64,000 bases of DNA from Candidatus Omnitrophota bacterium (GTDB lineage Bacteria > Omnitrophota > Gorgyraeia > 2-01-FULL-45-10). Location: NCBI GenBank assembly GCA_028699255.1, contig JAQVUX010000001.1:124787-188786 (forward strand), given 5' to 3'. Positions 40,593-49,426 of the stretch are shown piece by piece (position 1 is the stretch's first letter; every line of letters begins with the position of its first letter). A program made the translations under genes and the position numbers. The notes under the pieces are model-generated. The model did no database searches and was not told the DNA's origin. It saw only the letters and a program-made list of their open reading frames with translations.

Positions 40593-40655
40593 CTGCCTCG
40601 TCTCCTCGCGCTAAAATATAACACATAAGGCCTATGGCGTCAATCAAATATCCTT

Positions 40656-42302
40656 TTATGAATCAAGCCATACTTTTATCTTACCAAGAACCTCTTTATC
40701 TACCTCATAACACATCCTGGAATAGCCATCATTGGACAGCATACCGAAAAAATGGCCTAAATAGCCGCAATACACGACGGTCCGCTTCATCATACCGTGT
40801 TCGGAGATGAATTTATCGAGCCGTTGGGTATATTTAGCCGGGATATCCGAGTCATCTTTCCCGTATAGTATTAGTACAGGCGCTGAAATTTTTTCCAATA
40901 ACTCAACCGACTTCAGGGCCCCGTCCTGACGAACATCTTTAAGATAACACTTCTTGCCCAGCACATACCCCCAGTCGCGTTTCGTTTTATTGGCTCTTTG
41001 CCTTGTATCTTTGACCGCCTGCAATGCCATCTTTAGGCGGGAATCGTCCCATTTATCCCGGGCGGCCTTATCGATCAATATGGTTTCAGCCTCTCCAGCC
41101 GCAGTATTTATTACCGGAGCCATAAGGATGATGCTCTTCACTTCAGGATTTGTCGATGATAGCCGCATAGCGTTGAATGCCCCTTCGGAATGAGCCAGAA
41201 GCGATATCTGCAGAGGATCCACGCTATTCTGTTCTTTTAGAAATTTATACGCGGCGACAACGTCTTCGAGCTCGCCATCCTGAGTTTCGGATAGAATGTC
41301 GCCCGCGCTCGCGCCAACACCTTTCTTATCAAACCTCAACACAGCATAACCGTTCCGGGAAAGGTAGTCAGATATCGAGGCAAAGAAACCCTGATAATCC
41401 CGATCCTGCGGCCCCGCGCCCCATATAAGCAACACTGCCGGATTTTTCCCGCCGCCGATAGGTGTGGTGAGCGTCCCCGAAAGAGGTCCCGATTTCCCGT
41501 AAAATACGACATCCTGCGAAATATATTCAGTCGCAACGCCGCGTCGCTCCTTCGGCATCATTTCGCCCGGTTCAAAACTACGCATTATCTTCAACCCCAG
41601 CGAAGGCAATTCTACCGCGACAAGGCTTCTGTCCGATTTTGCGACCCAGATACTGCCCTGCGGCAAACCTTTTATTTTTAAAAGCATCTTATCGGTCGCG
41701 ATCTTCTTGCGTCCGATTTTTACATATTCGCTCGCTATAGATGTCAGGGTTACGAACCGCTTGATAGGAGGCGACTTTGGATCGGGCAGGTAAATTATGG
41801 AGTTGAATCCCTGGGACCACCCTACGTTAAAAACATAGTTCTCGATTATCGGCAAGTATGTAACCGGCGAATCTTCTTCAAATACAAAGGTTCCTTTTCT
41901 TACCGAAATACCGTCAATGCATGTGAAACGCGACCCATAGCGCGACAAAAAAGAAACAAGATTATTCCGCTGTTGAGTACACACTATCGCGGCGGGCGCG
42001 CCTCCGCCTTTTACAAATAGCTCCTTCTGGTAATACTCGAGATTGTATTTACTGTCCAGATCTATCCTTGACCGCGCCTCGGTAAATAACTCCCGGAACG
42101 GCATGACCGCCGTAGATTTATAGATGCGCTTTTCTTCTGTAACGAATCTATCTACCTTTATCGTACCATTGTATTTTCCATCAAGCGTTATACTGTAAAA
42201 GAAAGCTTTGTGGTTGTGCTTATCAAGATAGACAAACGAGACGAAGAATAAAAAAACGCTTACCGCAAAAACTATGAGTACGGTTAAATATATCTTTCTC
42301 AC
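40656..42302 (-). CDS. membrane-anchored alpha/beta-hydrolase
   Basis: N-terminal TM helix, roughly 250-aa N-domain and a C-terminal alpha/beta hydrolase fold (HSEGA nucleophile elbow). GTG start. Confidence 0.7.
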   Translation of the reverse strand: MRKIYLTVLIVFAVSVFLFFVSFVYLDKHNHKAFFYSITLDGKYNGTIKVDRFVTEEKRIYKSTAVMPFRELFTEARSRIDLDSKYNLEYYQKELFVKGGGAPAAIVCTQQRNNLVSFLSRYGSRFTCIDGISVRKGTFVFEEDSPVTYLPIIENYVFNVGWSQGFNSIIYLPDPKSPPIKRFVTLTSIASEYVKIGRKKIATDKMLLKIKGLPQGSIWVAKSDRSLVAVELPSLGLKIMRSFEPGEMMPKERRGVATEYISQDVVFYGKSGPLSGTLTTPIGGGKNPAVLLIWGAGPQDRDYQGFFASISDYLSRNGYAVLRFDKKGVGASAGDILSETQDGELEDVVAAYKFLKEQNSVDPLQISLLAHSEGAFNAMRLSSTNPEVKSIILMAPVINTAAGEAETILIDKAARDKWDDSRLKMALQAVKDTRQRANKTKRDWGYVLGKKCYLKDVRQDGALKSVELLEKISAPVLILYGKDDSDIPAKYTQRLDKFISEHGMMKRTVVYCGYLGHFFGMLSNDGYSRMCYEVDKEVLGKIKVWLDS

Positions 42303-42442
42303 TTATGCATTCCTCCACGTAGCAGATACTCATACGTCGCTTTAAATTCTTTATCTTTTATCTCAAGGTATGCGATATATCCTATAAGGGTCAGCACAAG
42401 CACCACAGACAACATAATACTCGAAACAATAACCACAAGCAT
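42299..42442 (-). CDS. unlisted 47-aa TM peptide translationally coupled (GTGA) to the hydrolase gene
   Basis: MLVVIVSSIMLSVVLVLTLIGYIAYLEIKDKEFKATYEYLLRGGMHK. It resembles the hydrolase N-terminus (TM helix then YL-D/E-x-K..K-A/F..Y). Confidence 0.3.
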   Translation of the reverse strand: MLVVIVSSIMLSVVLVLTLIGYIAYLEIKDKEFKATYEYLLRGGMHK

Positions 42443-42462
42443 GCTCTTCTTTTTTAAAATTA

Positions 42463-43002
42463 TCACGCGCTTCGCGCTCCACGTTTTAGCGACTCTTTAT
42501 ACAAATTTCGCATGGAGTTAAATATGTCGAGATACTCCACGGTTTGGTAGTCCGGATAAGTCCACGGGAGTATATTAAACCGGTTGTCCTTGTAAAAAAG
42601 CGTAACCTCTGCGAATATGCCTTTGCTCAGATGTATCCTATGCGTGTAATCTTTTGTGGAGAAAAGCACCAGCTTCGCCATATCGAGATAACCCGGATCT
42701 ATGTTTATGGTTCTACGGTTATTTTTAGCGTAACGGTTTTCGAGCCGGTTAGTTTTAAGCTTAACGGCGTATATGCCTTCCAATTTTACGGGTCGTTCAA
42801 AAGATAAAAATCTTCGCGTCAACTCCGGCCCCATCTCCGCCGTATAATATGAGGTATGGTTAAAAGTGATCGGGCCGCTCTCAAGATCCGTATTTCCGAA
42901 AAGTTTTATAAGGGCGCTCTTTGCGGCACGATATTTTTCCGTGTCGCTGTAGAGTAATCCCACGATAAGCTTAACCTTGGCAGGTTGCCTGGGATGGCCC
43001 AT
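42463..43002 (-). CDS. hypothetical protein (DUF4416-like)
   Basis: 179 aa soluble protein with no recognisable catalytic motif. Family assignment is from memory only. Confidence 0.4.
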   Translation of the reverse strand: MGHPRQPAKVKLIVGLLYSDTEKYRAAKSALIKLFGNTDLESGPITFNHTSYYTAEMGPELTRRFLSFERPVKLEGIYAVKLKTNRLENRYAKNNRRTINIDPGYLDMAKLVLFSTKDYTHRIHLSKGIFAEVTLFYKDNRFNILPWTYPDYQTVEYLDIFNSMRNLYKESLKRGARSA

Positions 43003-43012
43003 TCGACGTACC

Positions 43013-43507
43013 CTAAATCTCGCTACCCGGAGATATCGAACGGATGTGATTATTTAGATATTCGCTCGAGGGTTCTTGTATTGAAGAGAATTTTATGCCC
43101 GAATAAAAAAGGCGTTTTCCGGAATCCTTTTCTACGTCGGGGGCATCCTCGGTCCATACTACCTCACCGACCATCTCTACTGTGTGGCCAGGGTTAGGCA
43201 GTAATATCCTGAGGTCCAGAAAACTACCGGGAGACAGCTTCTCATCGAGAAGCATCTTTATCCCGCCGGCCGAAACATCCATGGTGCGTCCGGTCAGTTT
43301 TTTAAGTGCGGCTTTCGTAGCCACCGAATAGTCTACCTGCAAAGATTCTGCAAAGCGCGGGTATTGCCTGCGATCCTTGCCGCCCCAGCACCCATCAGCT
43401 TGTGCCTTGCGAAAACGGTTCCTGACGGAAAATCCGTCCTGTTTCAATATCATGACCAGCACGGATACGAGGAGAGATACGATAAGAAGCTCTACAAATA
43501 TTAACAC
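43013..43507 (-). CDS. membrane-anchored PilZ-domain protein
   Basis: N-terminal TM helix. RRQYPRF and DVSAGGIKM motifs. Confidence 0.7.
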   Translation of the reverse strand: MLIFVELLIVSLLVSVLVMILKQDGFSVRNRFRKAQADGCWGGKDRRQYPRFAESLQVDYSVATKAALKKLTGRTMDVSAGGIKMLLDEKLSPGSFLDLRILLPNPGHTVEMVGEVVWTEDAPDVEKDSGKRLFYSGIKFSSIQEPSSEYLNNHIRSISPGSEI

Positions 43508-43878
43508 GCCTCGTTTCCTTTCTTTTTGCCGGATATGTAGTTCTGGATTATCTCTCTATGTTTCGGCAAAAGACTGTCAAAAAATATCGCCGCGTCATAA
43601 TGTTTTATGATGCCGCCGACTATAACTGGATGCTCGCGGACTATTACCCCGTCCACATCAAGTTCCCGGGACGGCTTGTCCGGCTTTTCGCAATCCGGCA
43701 CCATGAGTTTAACCCTAACGCGGGACATAAGCGGTATCTCGCGATCTATTTTACAATATATTCCGGACGCGCTTATATCAAGCGTATGCGTTACTGTATC
43801 GAAATCATCAGACTTAAGCTTTAACGACAACCCCTCATCCCTGACACGTGGAAACATCCTGCGCTCTGTAGCAACCAT
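43501..43878 (-). CDS. PilZ-domain protein
   Basis: ERRMFPR and DISASGIYC motifs. 125 aa. Confidence 0.7.
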   Translation of the reverse strand: MVATERRMFPRVRDEGLSLKLKSDDFDTVTHTLDISASGIYCKIDREIPLMSRVRVKLMVPDCEKPDKPSRELDVDGVIVREHPVIVGGIIKHYDAAIFFDSLLPKHREIIQNYISGKKKGNEAC

Positions 43879-43972
43879 ACTTAAATATCTCCCGGTTATT
43901 TGTAATATATCAGTGTCATTCTACCATTTTTGGTAATGGAGTTTCAAGCTCAAATAAATGTGCAGTACAGAT

Positions 43973-44416
43973 TCAGAGCGAGGACACTTTTATACCGTGA
44001 GTTAATAGTGCGCACGTCAAAAGACCGTTACCTCTTATAACCCTGCCATTGAAAGTGCCGTCGAAAATACGTCCTTTACCGCAACATGGACTGTTCTTCT
44101 TTAGAACGGCATGCCTTACCCCGTATCTGAGGGCCAGGCATAAAGAATAGGCAGTGCCATTTATGCACTGCCGCGTTACATCCCTACCCGAGACATTCAC
44201 TATCCTGGCTTTATTCCGGAACACGCTTATCCCATCGCCGCCGGAGATCTCGATACGGGGCCTTGGAACCGCAAGGCCGCCCACGAGCTCCGGGCATACG
44301 GGGATACAGTCACCCCTCCGGAAATGTTTGCGGATCGCGGGAACAAGATTATTGCCCGCGTTGTATTTGCAGTTAAAACCCACAAGGCATGCGCTAACCA
44401 AAAATTTTCGCGACAT
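43973..44416 (-). CDS. DUF523 / TudS-like (thiouracil desulfidase family) Fe-S protein
   Basis: SACLVGFNCKYNAG and CIPVCPE cysteine pattern. 147 aa. Confidence 0.6.
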   Translation of the reverse strand: MSRKFLVSACLVGFNCKYNAGNNLVPAIRKHFRRGDCIPVCPELVGGLAVPRPRIEISGGDGISVFRNKARIVNVSGRDVTRQCINGTAYSLCLALRYGVRHAVLKKNSPCCGKGRIFDGTFNGRVIRGNGLLTCALLTHGIKVSSL

Positions 44417-44444
44417 TTTACACGCAAAACGGCTCTTTATCGTC

Positions 44445-44750
44445 CTAAGCTACCGGCGGTGTAGCGGCCGGCTTGTCCTTCTCGGAGGCCGTCTGCCAAC
44501 ATCTCTTCGAGCAATAAAATTTACCATTCCGGTAGTACCAGCGCTTATTTTTTATGGACTTATTGCATGCCGCACAATTCGCCGGTTTCTCAGCTTTTAC
44601 CACAGGCTTCGCTTCAGCCTTCGCGGGCTCTGCACCCTTCACGGGTTCCGCGGCCTTAGCGATTGGCGCAACAGCTGGAGCATCTGCCGTCTGCGGCGGT
44701 TGCACGACTTCTTTTGGTTTCTGCATATCTTCTTTTTTTTCGTCTGCCAT
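44445..44750 (-). CDS. small Ala/Pro/Lys-rich protein with a C-terminal TRASH/FCS-like zinc ribbon
   Basis: C-x2-C-x16-C-x3-C (CAAC...FYCSKRC). Confidence 0.5.
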   Translation of the reverse strand: MADEKKEDMQKPKEVVQPPQTADAPAVAPIAKAAEPVKGAEPAKAEAKPVVKAEKPANCAACNKSIKNKRWYYRNGKFYCSKRCWQTASEKDKPAATPPVA

Positions 44751-44764
44751 ATATCCTCTTCGTG

Positions 44765-45115
44765 TTATTTCTTGTCAAGCAGTTTAAGCCACTGCGTATA
44801 TATATATTCCAGCAATCTTCCTTTATCCTGACCGTCGATCTTCTTAAACCTTAAACCTGTCTCATAAGAACTTTCACCTATCGGCCCTTTTTGCCAGGCC
44901 ACTTCGCATGAGGCGAAGATAGGAACGTTATCGCCGGGAACATCCATCGTCAAATTAAGCTCCGCGCCTTCCTTTAACCTTTTATCCGAGATGATAAGCG
45001 CGCCTTCTTTCGACAGGTTCTTCACCCTGCATGAGGCCTTTGATCTATCGCTCATAATATCACAGAGCGCGTTGATCGCGGTATCAAATCGTAAAAACCG
45101 TCTTCTCTCCGTCAC
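44765..45115 (-). CDS. PilZ-domain protein
   Basis: RRRFLRF and NLSKEGALI motifs. GTG start. Confidence 0.7.
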   Translation of the reverse strand: MTERRRFLRFDTAINALCDIMSDRSKASCRVKNLSKEGALIISDKRLKEGAELNLTMDVPGDNVPIFASCEVAWQKGPIGESSYETGLRFKKIDGQDKGRLLEYIYTQWLKLLDKK

Positions 45116-45140
45116 GTTTACCTCTGTTTTTTGTGCTGTG

Positions 45141-45180
45141 AAAAAAATAAGGGGACAAAAATTAGATTTTCATCCCCTTA
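45141..45180 (-). terminator. rho-independent terminator after the TIGR04073-like gene
   Basis: 8-bp GC-rich stem (uaagggga/uccccuua) with an inner 5-bp A/U stem, followed by U7 on the minus strand. Confidence 0.6.
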
Positions 45181-45202
45181 TTTCCGCTATCCTTACGGAC
45201 AA

Positions 45203-45538
45203 CTATTTGCCTTTAGCAAACACGTATTCTGGCTCTAACACCGGTGTATAGCCTTCCGGTATCGGGAATGGGAAAGTCACTGTCTCATAAACGCCAGCGC
45301 CTGTCCTCACGATGGTCATCCCAACGCCTTTTGCTAATCCGATAGTAATGCCAGAGAGAGGATTATCTTCAACACTGGTGTCGTATATGTTCTTAGGAAG
45401 CTCAATCCACCCTGTGACTATATTGGCAACTCCTCTGTAGAGCTTTTTGCCCATATCCTGAGCATAGCTCGCTGTTGCTATATTCACTAACATTAATACA
45501 GCAACACATATAATAATACCCTTTAGTAAGTTCTTCAT
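45203..45538 (-). CDS. exosortase-system-associated small secreted protein, TIGR04073-like
   Basis: Signal peptide, then RGVANIVTGWIELPKNIY...GAGVYETVTFPFP pattern. 111 aa. Confidence 0.5.
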   Translation of the reverse strand: MKNLLKGIIICVAVLMLVNIATASYAQDMGKKLYRGVANIVTGWIELPKNIYDTSVEDNPLSGITIGLAKGVGMTIVRTGAGVYETVTFPFPIPEGYTPVLEPEYVFAKGK

Positions 45539-45577
45539 TGTCTTAAGTCACCTCCCCTCATTTGTGAATTTGAAACA

Positions 45578-45606
45578 AGTATAACACAAAAAGTTTGATT
45601 TGTCAA
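45578..45606 (-). promoter_or_regulatory. near-consensus sigma70 promoter (TTGACA-17-TATACT) for the TIGR04073-like gene
   Basis: Exact hexamers with a 17-nt spacer. A GAGGGGAGGTGA ribosome-binding site precedes the ATG. Confidence 0.55.
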
Positions 45607-45626
45607 GTCTAATACAAATGATTTAC

Positions 45627-45992
45627 TTATTTTCTTGCTTTATCGAGTATCTGCTCCACGAGCTCGGACACCCGTTCTCTGTCTTCCGGTCGTATGTCTA
45701 TGAATTCTATGCCGGTATCATAAAGCGCGGCATTACTTTTCGATGAGGACTTCTTAACAACCCACACTACAGTACCGCCGCTTTTTATCGGAGGCCTGCT
45801 CTGGTCTATATAGAGCTCGATATCGACACCCTGGAACAAGCCTAAGTCTTCTTTAAGTAATACGCATATACCGCCCGCCCCGATATTCTCGGTTTGAGTC
45901 GACAAAGTCTTCGCTGTCAGCCTCTTCTTTATGCTAATAAGGCACTTATAATTCGCTCTGGGAAACTTTCGCCTATTTATTCCGTCCCACAT
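45627..45992 (-). CDS. PilZ-domain protein
   Basis: RRKFPR and NIGAGGICV motifs. 121 aa. Confidence 0.7.
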   Translation of the reverse strand: MWDGINRRKFPRANYKCLISIKKRLTAKTLSTQTENIGAGGICVLLKEDLGLFQGVDIELYIDQSRPPIKSGGTVVWVVKKSSSKSNAALYDTGIEFIDIRPEDRERVSELVEQILDKARK

Positions 45993-46064
45993 AAGTACTC
46001 CTTATGATTTGTAATCGTTGGGATTTAGTATACCCGACATATGGCGGAAATGCAAGAAAAAGAT

Positions 46065-46093
46065 TTGCAACCTTAACATTTAAAGTGTATAAT
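46065..46093 (+). promoter_or_regulatory. near-consensus sigma70 promoter (TTGCAA-17-TATAAT) ending 6 nt before the exeA-like ATG
   Basis: -35 at 46065-46070, -10 at 46088-46093, ATG at 46100. This implies a leaderless transcript. Confidence 0.5.
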
Positions 46094-46099
46094 TCTTTC

Positions 46100-46912
46100 A
46101 TGTACAGAGAATTTTTCGGCCTTAAGGAACGCCCTTTCAATGTAACCAGCGACCCGAACTTCCTATTCTTCAGCCGCGTGCACAAAGAAGCATTCTCGCA
46201 TATTTTATACGGCATAAAAGAGCGCAAAGGATTTCTCGAGATAACCGGCGAAGTGGGTGCCGGTAAAACAACACTCTGCAGGGCGGTATTAAACCAGTTT
46301 GACGCAAATACCAAGAGCGCTTTCATCTTCAACTCCAACCTTCCGGAGCTCCAGCTTTTGCAATGCATTCTCGAGGATTTCGGAATGATCGTCGTTCAGA
46401 AGAACAAAGTTTCAATGTTGCGGCAGTTGAACAATTTCCTGCTCGAAGAACTTGCTAAAAAAAATAACGTCATACTCGTGATCGATGAGGCGCAGAATCT
46501 TAAGCTCTCCGCGCTGGAAGAAATACGAATGCTGTCCAACCTGGAAACAAACACGGAGAAACTTTTTCAGATAATGCTCGTCGGGCAACCGGAACTCAAA
46601 GAAAAGATAAACTCGCCGCGTCTAAAACAATTAAAACAACGCATAGCGGTAAGGTTCCATATATCCGCGCTCCAGAAAGATGAAGTCGAAAAGTATATAT
46701 ACCATAGGCTGACGGTCGCCGGATCGAAGGGCGATATACGCTTTACGGACGAGGCTATGGATTTCATATATAGATTTACAGGCGGCATACCGCGTATAAT
46801 AAATATGCTGTGCGACAAATCGCTACTCGCCGCATATGTTTCGGAGACACGAGAGATAACATTGCCTGTAGTGGAAAAGAGCGCACAGGAACTGGAGGGT
46901 ACGGTAAGATGA
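46100..46912 (+). CDS. ExeA/GspA-like AAA ATPase (the family also seen in PEP-CTERM/exosortase loci)
   Basis: MYREFFGLKERPF N-terminus and GEVGAGKT Walker A. 270 aa. Confidence 0.75.
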   Translation: MYREFFGLKERPFNVTSDPNFLFFSRVHKEAFSHILYGIKERKGFLEITGEVGAGKTTLCRAVLNQFDANTKSAFIFNSNLPELQLLQCILEDFGMIVVQKNKVSMLRQLNNFLLEELAKKNNVILVIDEAQNLKLSALEEIRMLSNLETNTEKLFQIMLVGQPELKEKINSPRLKQLKQRIAVRFHISALQKDEVEKYIYHRLTVAGSKGDIRFTDEAMDFIYRFTGGIPRIINMLCDKSLLAAYVSETREITLPVVEKSAQELEGTVR

Positions 46913-47484
46913 GCATTATACAGGAGGCACTCAAGAAAGCTGAGGCAAAGGAGACGGTTCGATCCACCATTGTTTACAGCAACATATTTAAAGGTGTCAA
47001 CACGCAACCCGGAAAAAGATCGGGAATGCTTCAAGCTGTTTGCGCGGTAGCCTTCTTCGCCCTTCTTTCGATATTCATAGTAAGGCAATTCGCGATGCTA
47101 CAACCAAAAACTAAAACCATCCGTCCAAACGTTTCGGTTGTCAAGATAGCGCCTATGGTCCATTTGGCGGAGGCATCAAAAAAAGATATTCCCCTGGTAG
47201 CCGAAGCCTATCATGCCCCCATGGATATGCCAGTCGCCATGCAGGAATCAGTTAAATCGTTTACACCAACGACTTCGCTGTCCATCCCGGAAAAACCTGC
47301 GCCACTGGAAGCGAACTTCAATCTCTCAGGCATAATGCAGATTGGGAGCGGACTACGCGCCATCGTGAATAATAAAGTAGTTGTCGAAGGTGATGAGATT
47401 GAAAATGCGGTTGTTACTGCGATAACCAAAACTTACGTTGTATTAAAAAGCGGCGGACAGGAAATAAACCTTCGATTAAAATAA
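46909..47484 (+). CDS. GspB/ExeB-like single-pass membrane protein
   Basis: ATGA overlap with the ATPase gene and a GGAGGG ribosome-binding site. One TM helix. C-terminal LSGIMQIGSGLRAIVNNKVV..GDEI resembles the GspB C-domain. Confidence 0.45.
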   Translation: MSIIQEALKKAEAKETVRSTIVYSNIFKGVNTQPGKRSGMLQAVCAVAFFALLSIFIVRQFAMLQPKTKTIRPNVSVVKIAPMVHLAEASKKDIPLVAEAYHAPMDMPVAMQESVKSFTPTTSLSIPEKPAPLEANFNLSGIMQIGSGLRAIVNNKVVVEGDEIENAVVTAITKTYVVLKSGGQEINLRLK

Positions 47485-47862
47485 TTTCTTCACTTCTTCC
47501 GGTATCCTTACCGGGCGGCCGGCTTCATTTGTAAAAACATGCACCGATTCTCCGGTAGCCGTCAGCTTGTCTCCTACATGCAGGCTGTATTCAAATTTCA
47601 TGCTGGAACTTTTAATATCACTAACCCATGTCCGTATCTTTACCATATCATCATAACGCACGGGTGATTTATACTGGCAACTCGCGGACGCTACCATAAA
47701 ATAGATACCCTTAGTCTCCATCTCGCGATAGACCAGACCCATCGAGCGGAAATATTCGGTCCGGGCGACTTCGAACCATGTAAAATAGTTGCCGTAGTAG
47801 ACGACGCCCATATTATCGGTTTCCTGATACCTGACACGAATATCCGTTTCGAATGATCGCAT
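47476..47862 (-). CDS. acyl-CoA thioesterase (4HBT/YbgC family)
   Basis: Hot-dog fold pattern with YYGNYF..E motifs. 128 aa. Confidence 0.8.
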   Translation of the reverse strand: MRSFETDIRVRYQETDNMGVVYYGNYFTWFEVARTEYFRSMGLVYREMETKGIYFMVASASCQYKSPVRYDDMVKIRTWVSDIKSSSMKFEYSLHVGDKLTATGESVHVFTNEAGRPVRIPEEVKKLF

Positions 47863-47863
47863 T

Positions 47864-48325
47864 TTAAAGGGCCAACTCCAGCTTGTGTATATTGAATCCG
47901 CCGAGAGCGAGTGTTTCGGTCTCTTTAAAACCTTTCTTCACACAAAGACTCATAGCTTCGGCCATCCTGTCGGTACAGCGAAAGTATATTTTTTTGTAGC
48001 CTTTATCTTTACAAAAATCCACCGCCTTATTAAGAAGCATCGAACCGTAACCTTTTTTCCTGTGCTTTGAGTCCACGAAGAGCCGCCTGAGAAGCGCTTC
48101 GGACGGGCTGTCTTCCTTAATTCCAGCAGTACCTACGATATCACCGCCTTCTTCGATGACAAAAAACGTCTCTCTCTTGCCGCCATACGTTTCTCTTATC
48201 TTATAAAGATCGCTATCGGAATACGCCGACTTATCGAACGGATACTCCTTGGAGAGAATATTCAAAATGAGATTTCTGACGCCTTCGGCATCCGTTTCGC
48301 GAAAATTCCTTAGAGCATTATTCAT
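47864..48325 (-). CDS. GNAT-family N-acetyltransferase
   Basis: RRLFVDSKHRKKGYGSMLL acetyl-CoA-binding motif. Confidence 0.75.
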   Translation of the reverse strand: MNNALRNFRETDAEGVRNLILNILSKEYPFDKSAYSDSDLYKIRETYGGKRETFFVIEEGGDIVGTAGIKEDSPSEALLRRLFVDSKHRKKGYGSMLLNKAVDFCKDKGYKKIYFRCTDRMAEAMSLCVKKGFKETETLALGGFNIHKLELAL

Positions 48326-48334
48326 GATGGCTCC

Positions 48335-49426
48335 TTATTTAAGATGCGCCAGTATGGCGTCTTTTACTATACGTTCCGGTACATCTTCTACTATTCTTAC
48401 TTTACCGATCGCGGCCGGTAATATAAAACGGTTGATGCCGTGTATAAACTTTTTGTCATGCGACAACGCCTCGCGAATCTTTGTGAGTTTAATACTTTTC
48501 ACGTCAAGCGGCAAACCGCACTTAGCAATAAGCGAAAGAATGCGTCGAGCATCCGACGGCTTTATAAGTTTGAGATTAAGAGATACCACAACCGCCGCGG
48601 CCATGCCTATGGCAACGGATTCGCCGTGGTCGTATAGCCCCGAATAAGCGGAAGCGGCCTCTACGGCATGTCCTATCGTGTGACCATAATTAAGCGTTGC
48701 TCTCACGCCTTTATTATCAAACTCGTCCTTTTCCACGACACCGGCCTTAATGGCGCTTGAACGCGCAATCACAGATTCCAGCGCTTTCACATTCCCGTTC
48801 AATATGTTGGAATAATTTTTCTCGAGGTAGCCGAAGAGTTTACTGTCTTTGATAACGCCGTATTTTATTATCTCCGCCATCGCGCTTATCATGCGGCGTT
48901 TTGGCAGAGACGTTAAAACAGATACGTCAGAGATGACTATCTTGGGCTGGTAAAAAGCACCCACGAGGTTCTTGGCCGCCGGCAGGTCTATGGCGGTCTT
49001 CCCCCCTATGGAAGAATCGACCTGGGCGAGAAGTGTGGTCGGTATCTGGATATACGGAATACCGCGCTTGTAGATCGAAGCGACGAATCCCGTAAGGTCA
49101 CCTACCACGCCACCGCCCATTGCTATCAGGAATATATTTTTATATTTATCGTGGGCGGCAATCCTGCTCAATACAGATGCCGCAACGGCGATCGACTTCG
49201 CCTTTTCCGAATCCGGGACCGTTATAAAAGCGGGTTTAAAGCCGCTTCTCTTAAGCCCAGACGATAGCGCCCCGCCGTAAAGTTTGAGGAGACGGTTGTT
49301 CGTAATGACGACGGCATCTTTACCAAGGTCGAGCTTTTTTAAAAATTGCCCTGTTTTCCCTAAAAGGCCATGCCCTATCACAATATCGTAGGGCCTGCCC
49401 TTAAGCCGTACGCGTACCTTCTTCAA
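48335..49426 (-). CDS. aroB: 3-dehydroquinate synthase
   Basis: GGGVVGDLTGF NAD-binding motif and metal-binding His residues. 363 aa. Confidence 0.9.
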   Translation of the reverse strand: MKKVRVRLKGRPYDIVIGHGLLGKTGQFLKKLDLGKDAVVITNNRLLKLYGGALSSGLKRSGFKPAFITVPDSEKAKSIAVAASVLSRIAAHDKYKNIFLIAMGGGVVGDLTGFVASIYKRGIPYIQIPTTLLAQVDSSIGGKTAIDLPAAKNLVGAFYQPKIVISDVSVLTSLPKRRMISAMAEIIKYGVIKDSKLFGYLEKNYSNILNGNVKALESVIARSSAIKAGVVEKDEFDNKGVRATLNYGHTIGHAVEAASAYSGLYDHGESVAIGMAAAVVVSLNLKLIKPSDARRILSLIAKCGLPLDVKSIKLTKIREALSHDKKFIHGINRFILPAAIGKVRIVEDVPERIVKDAILAHLK

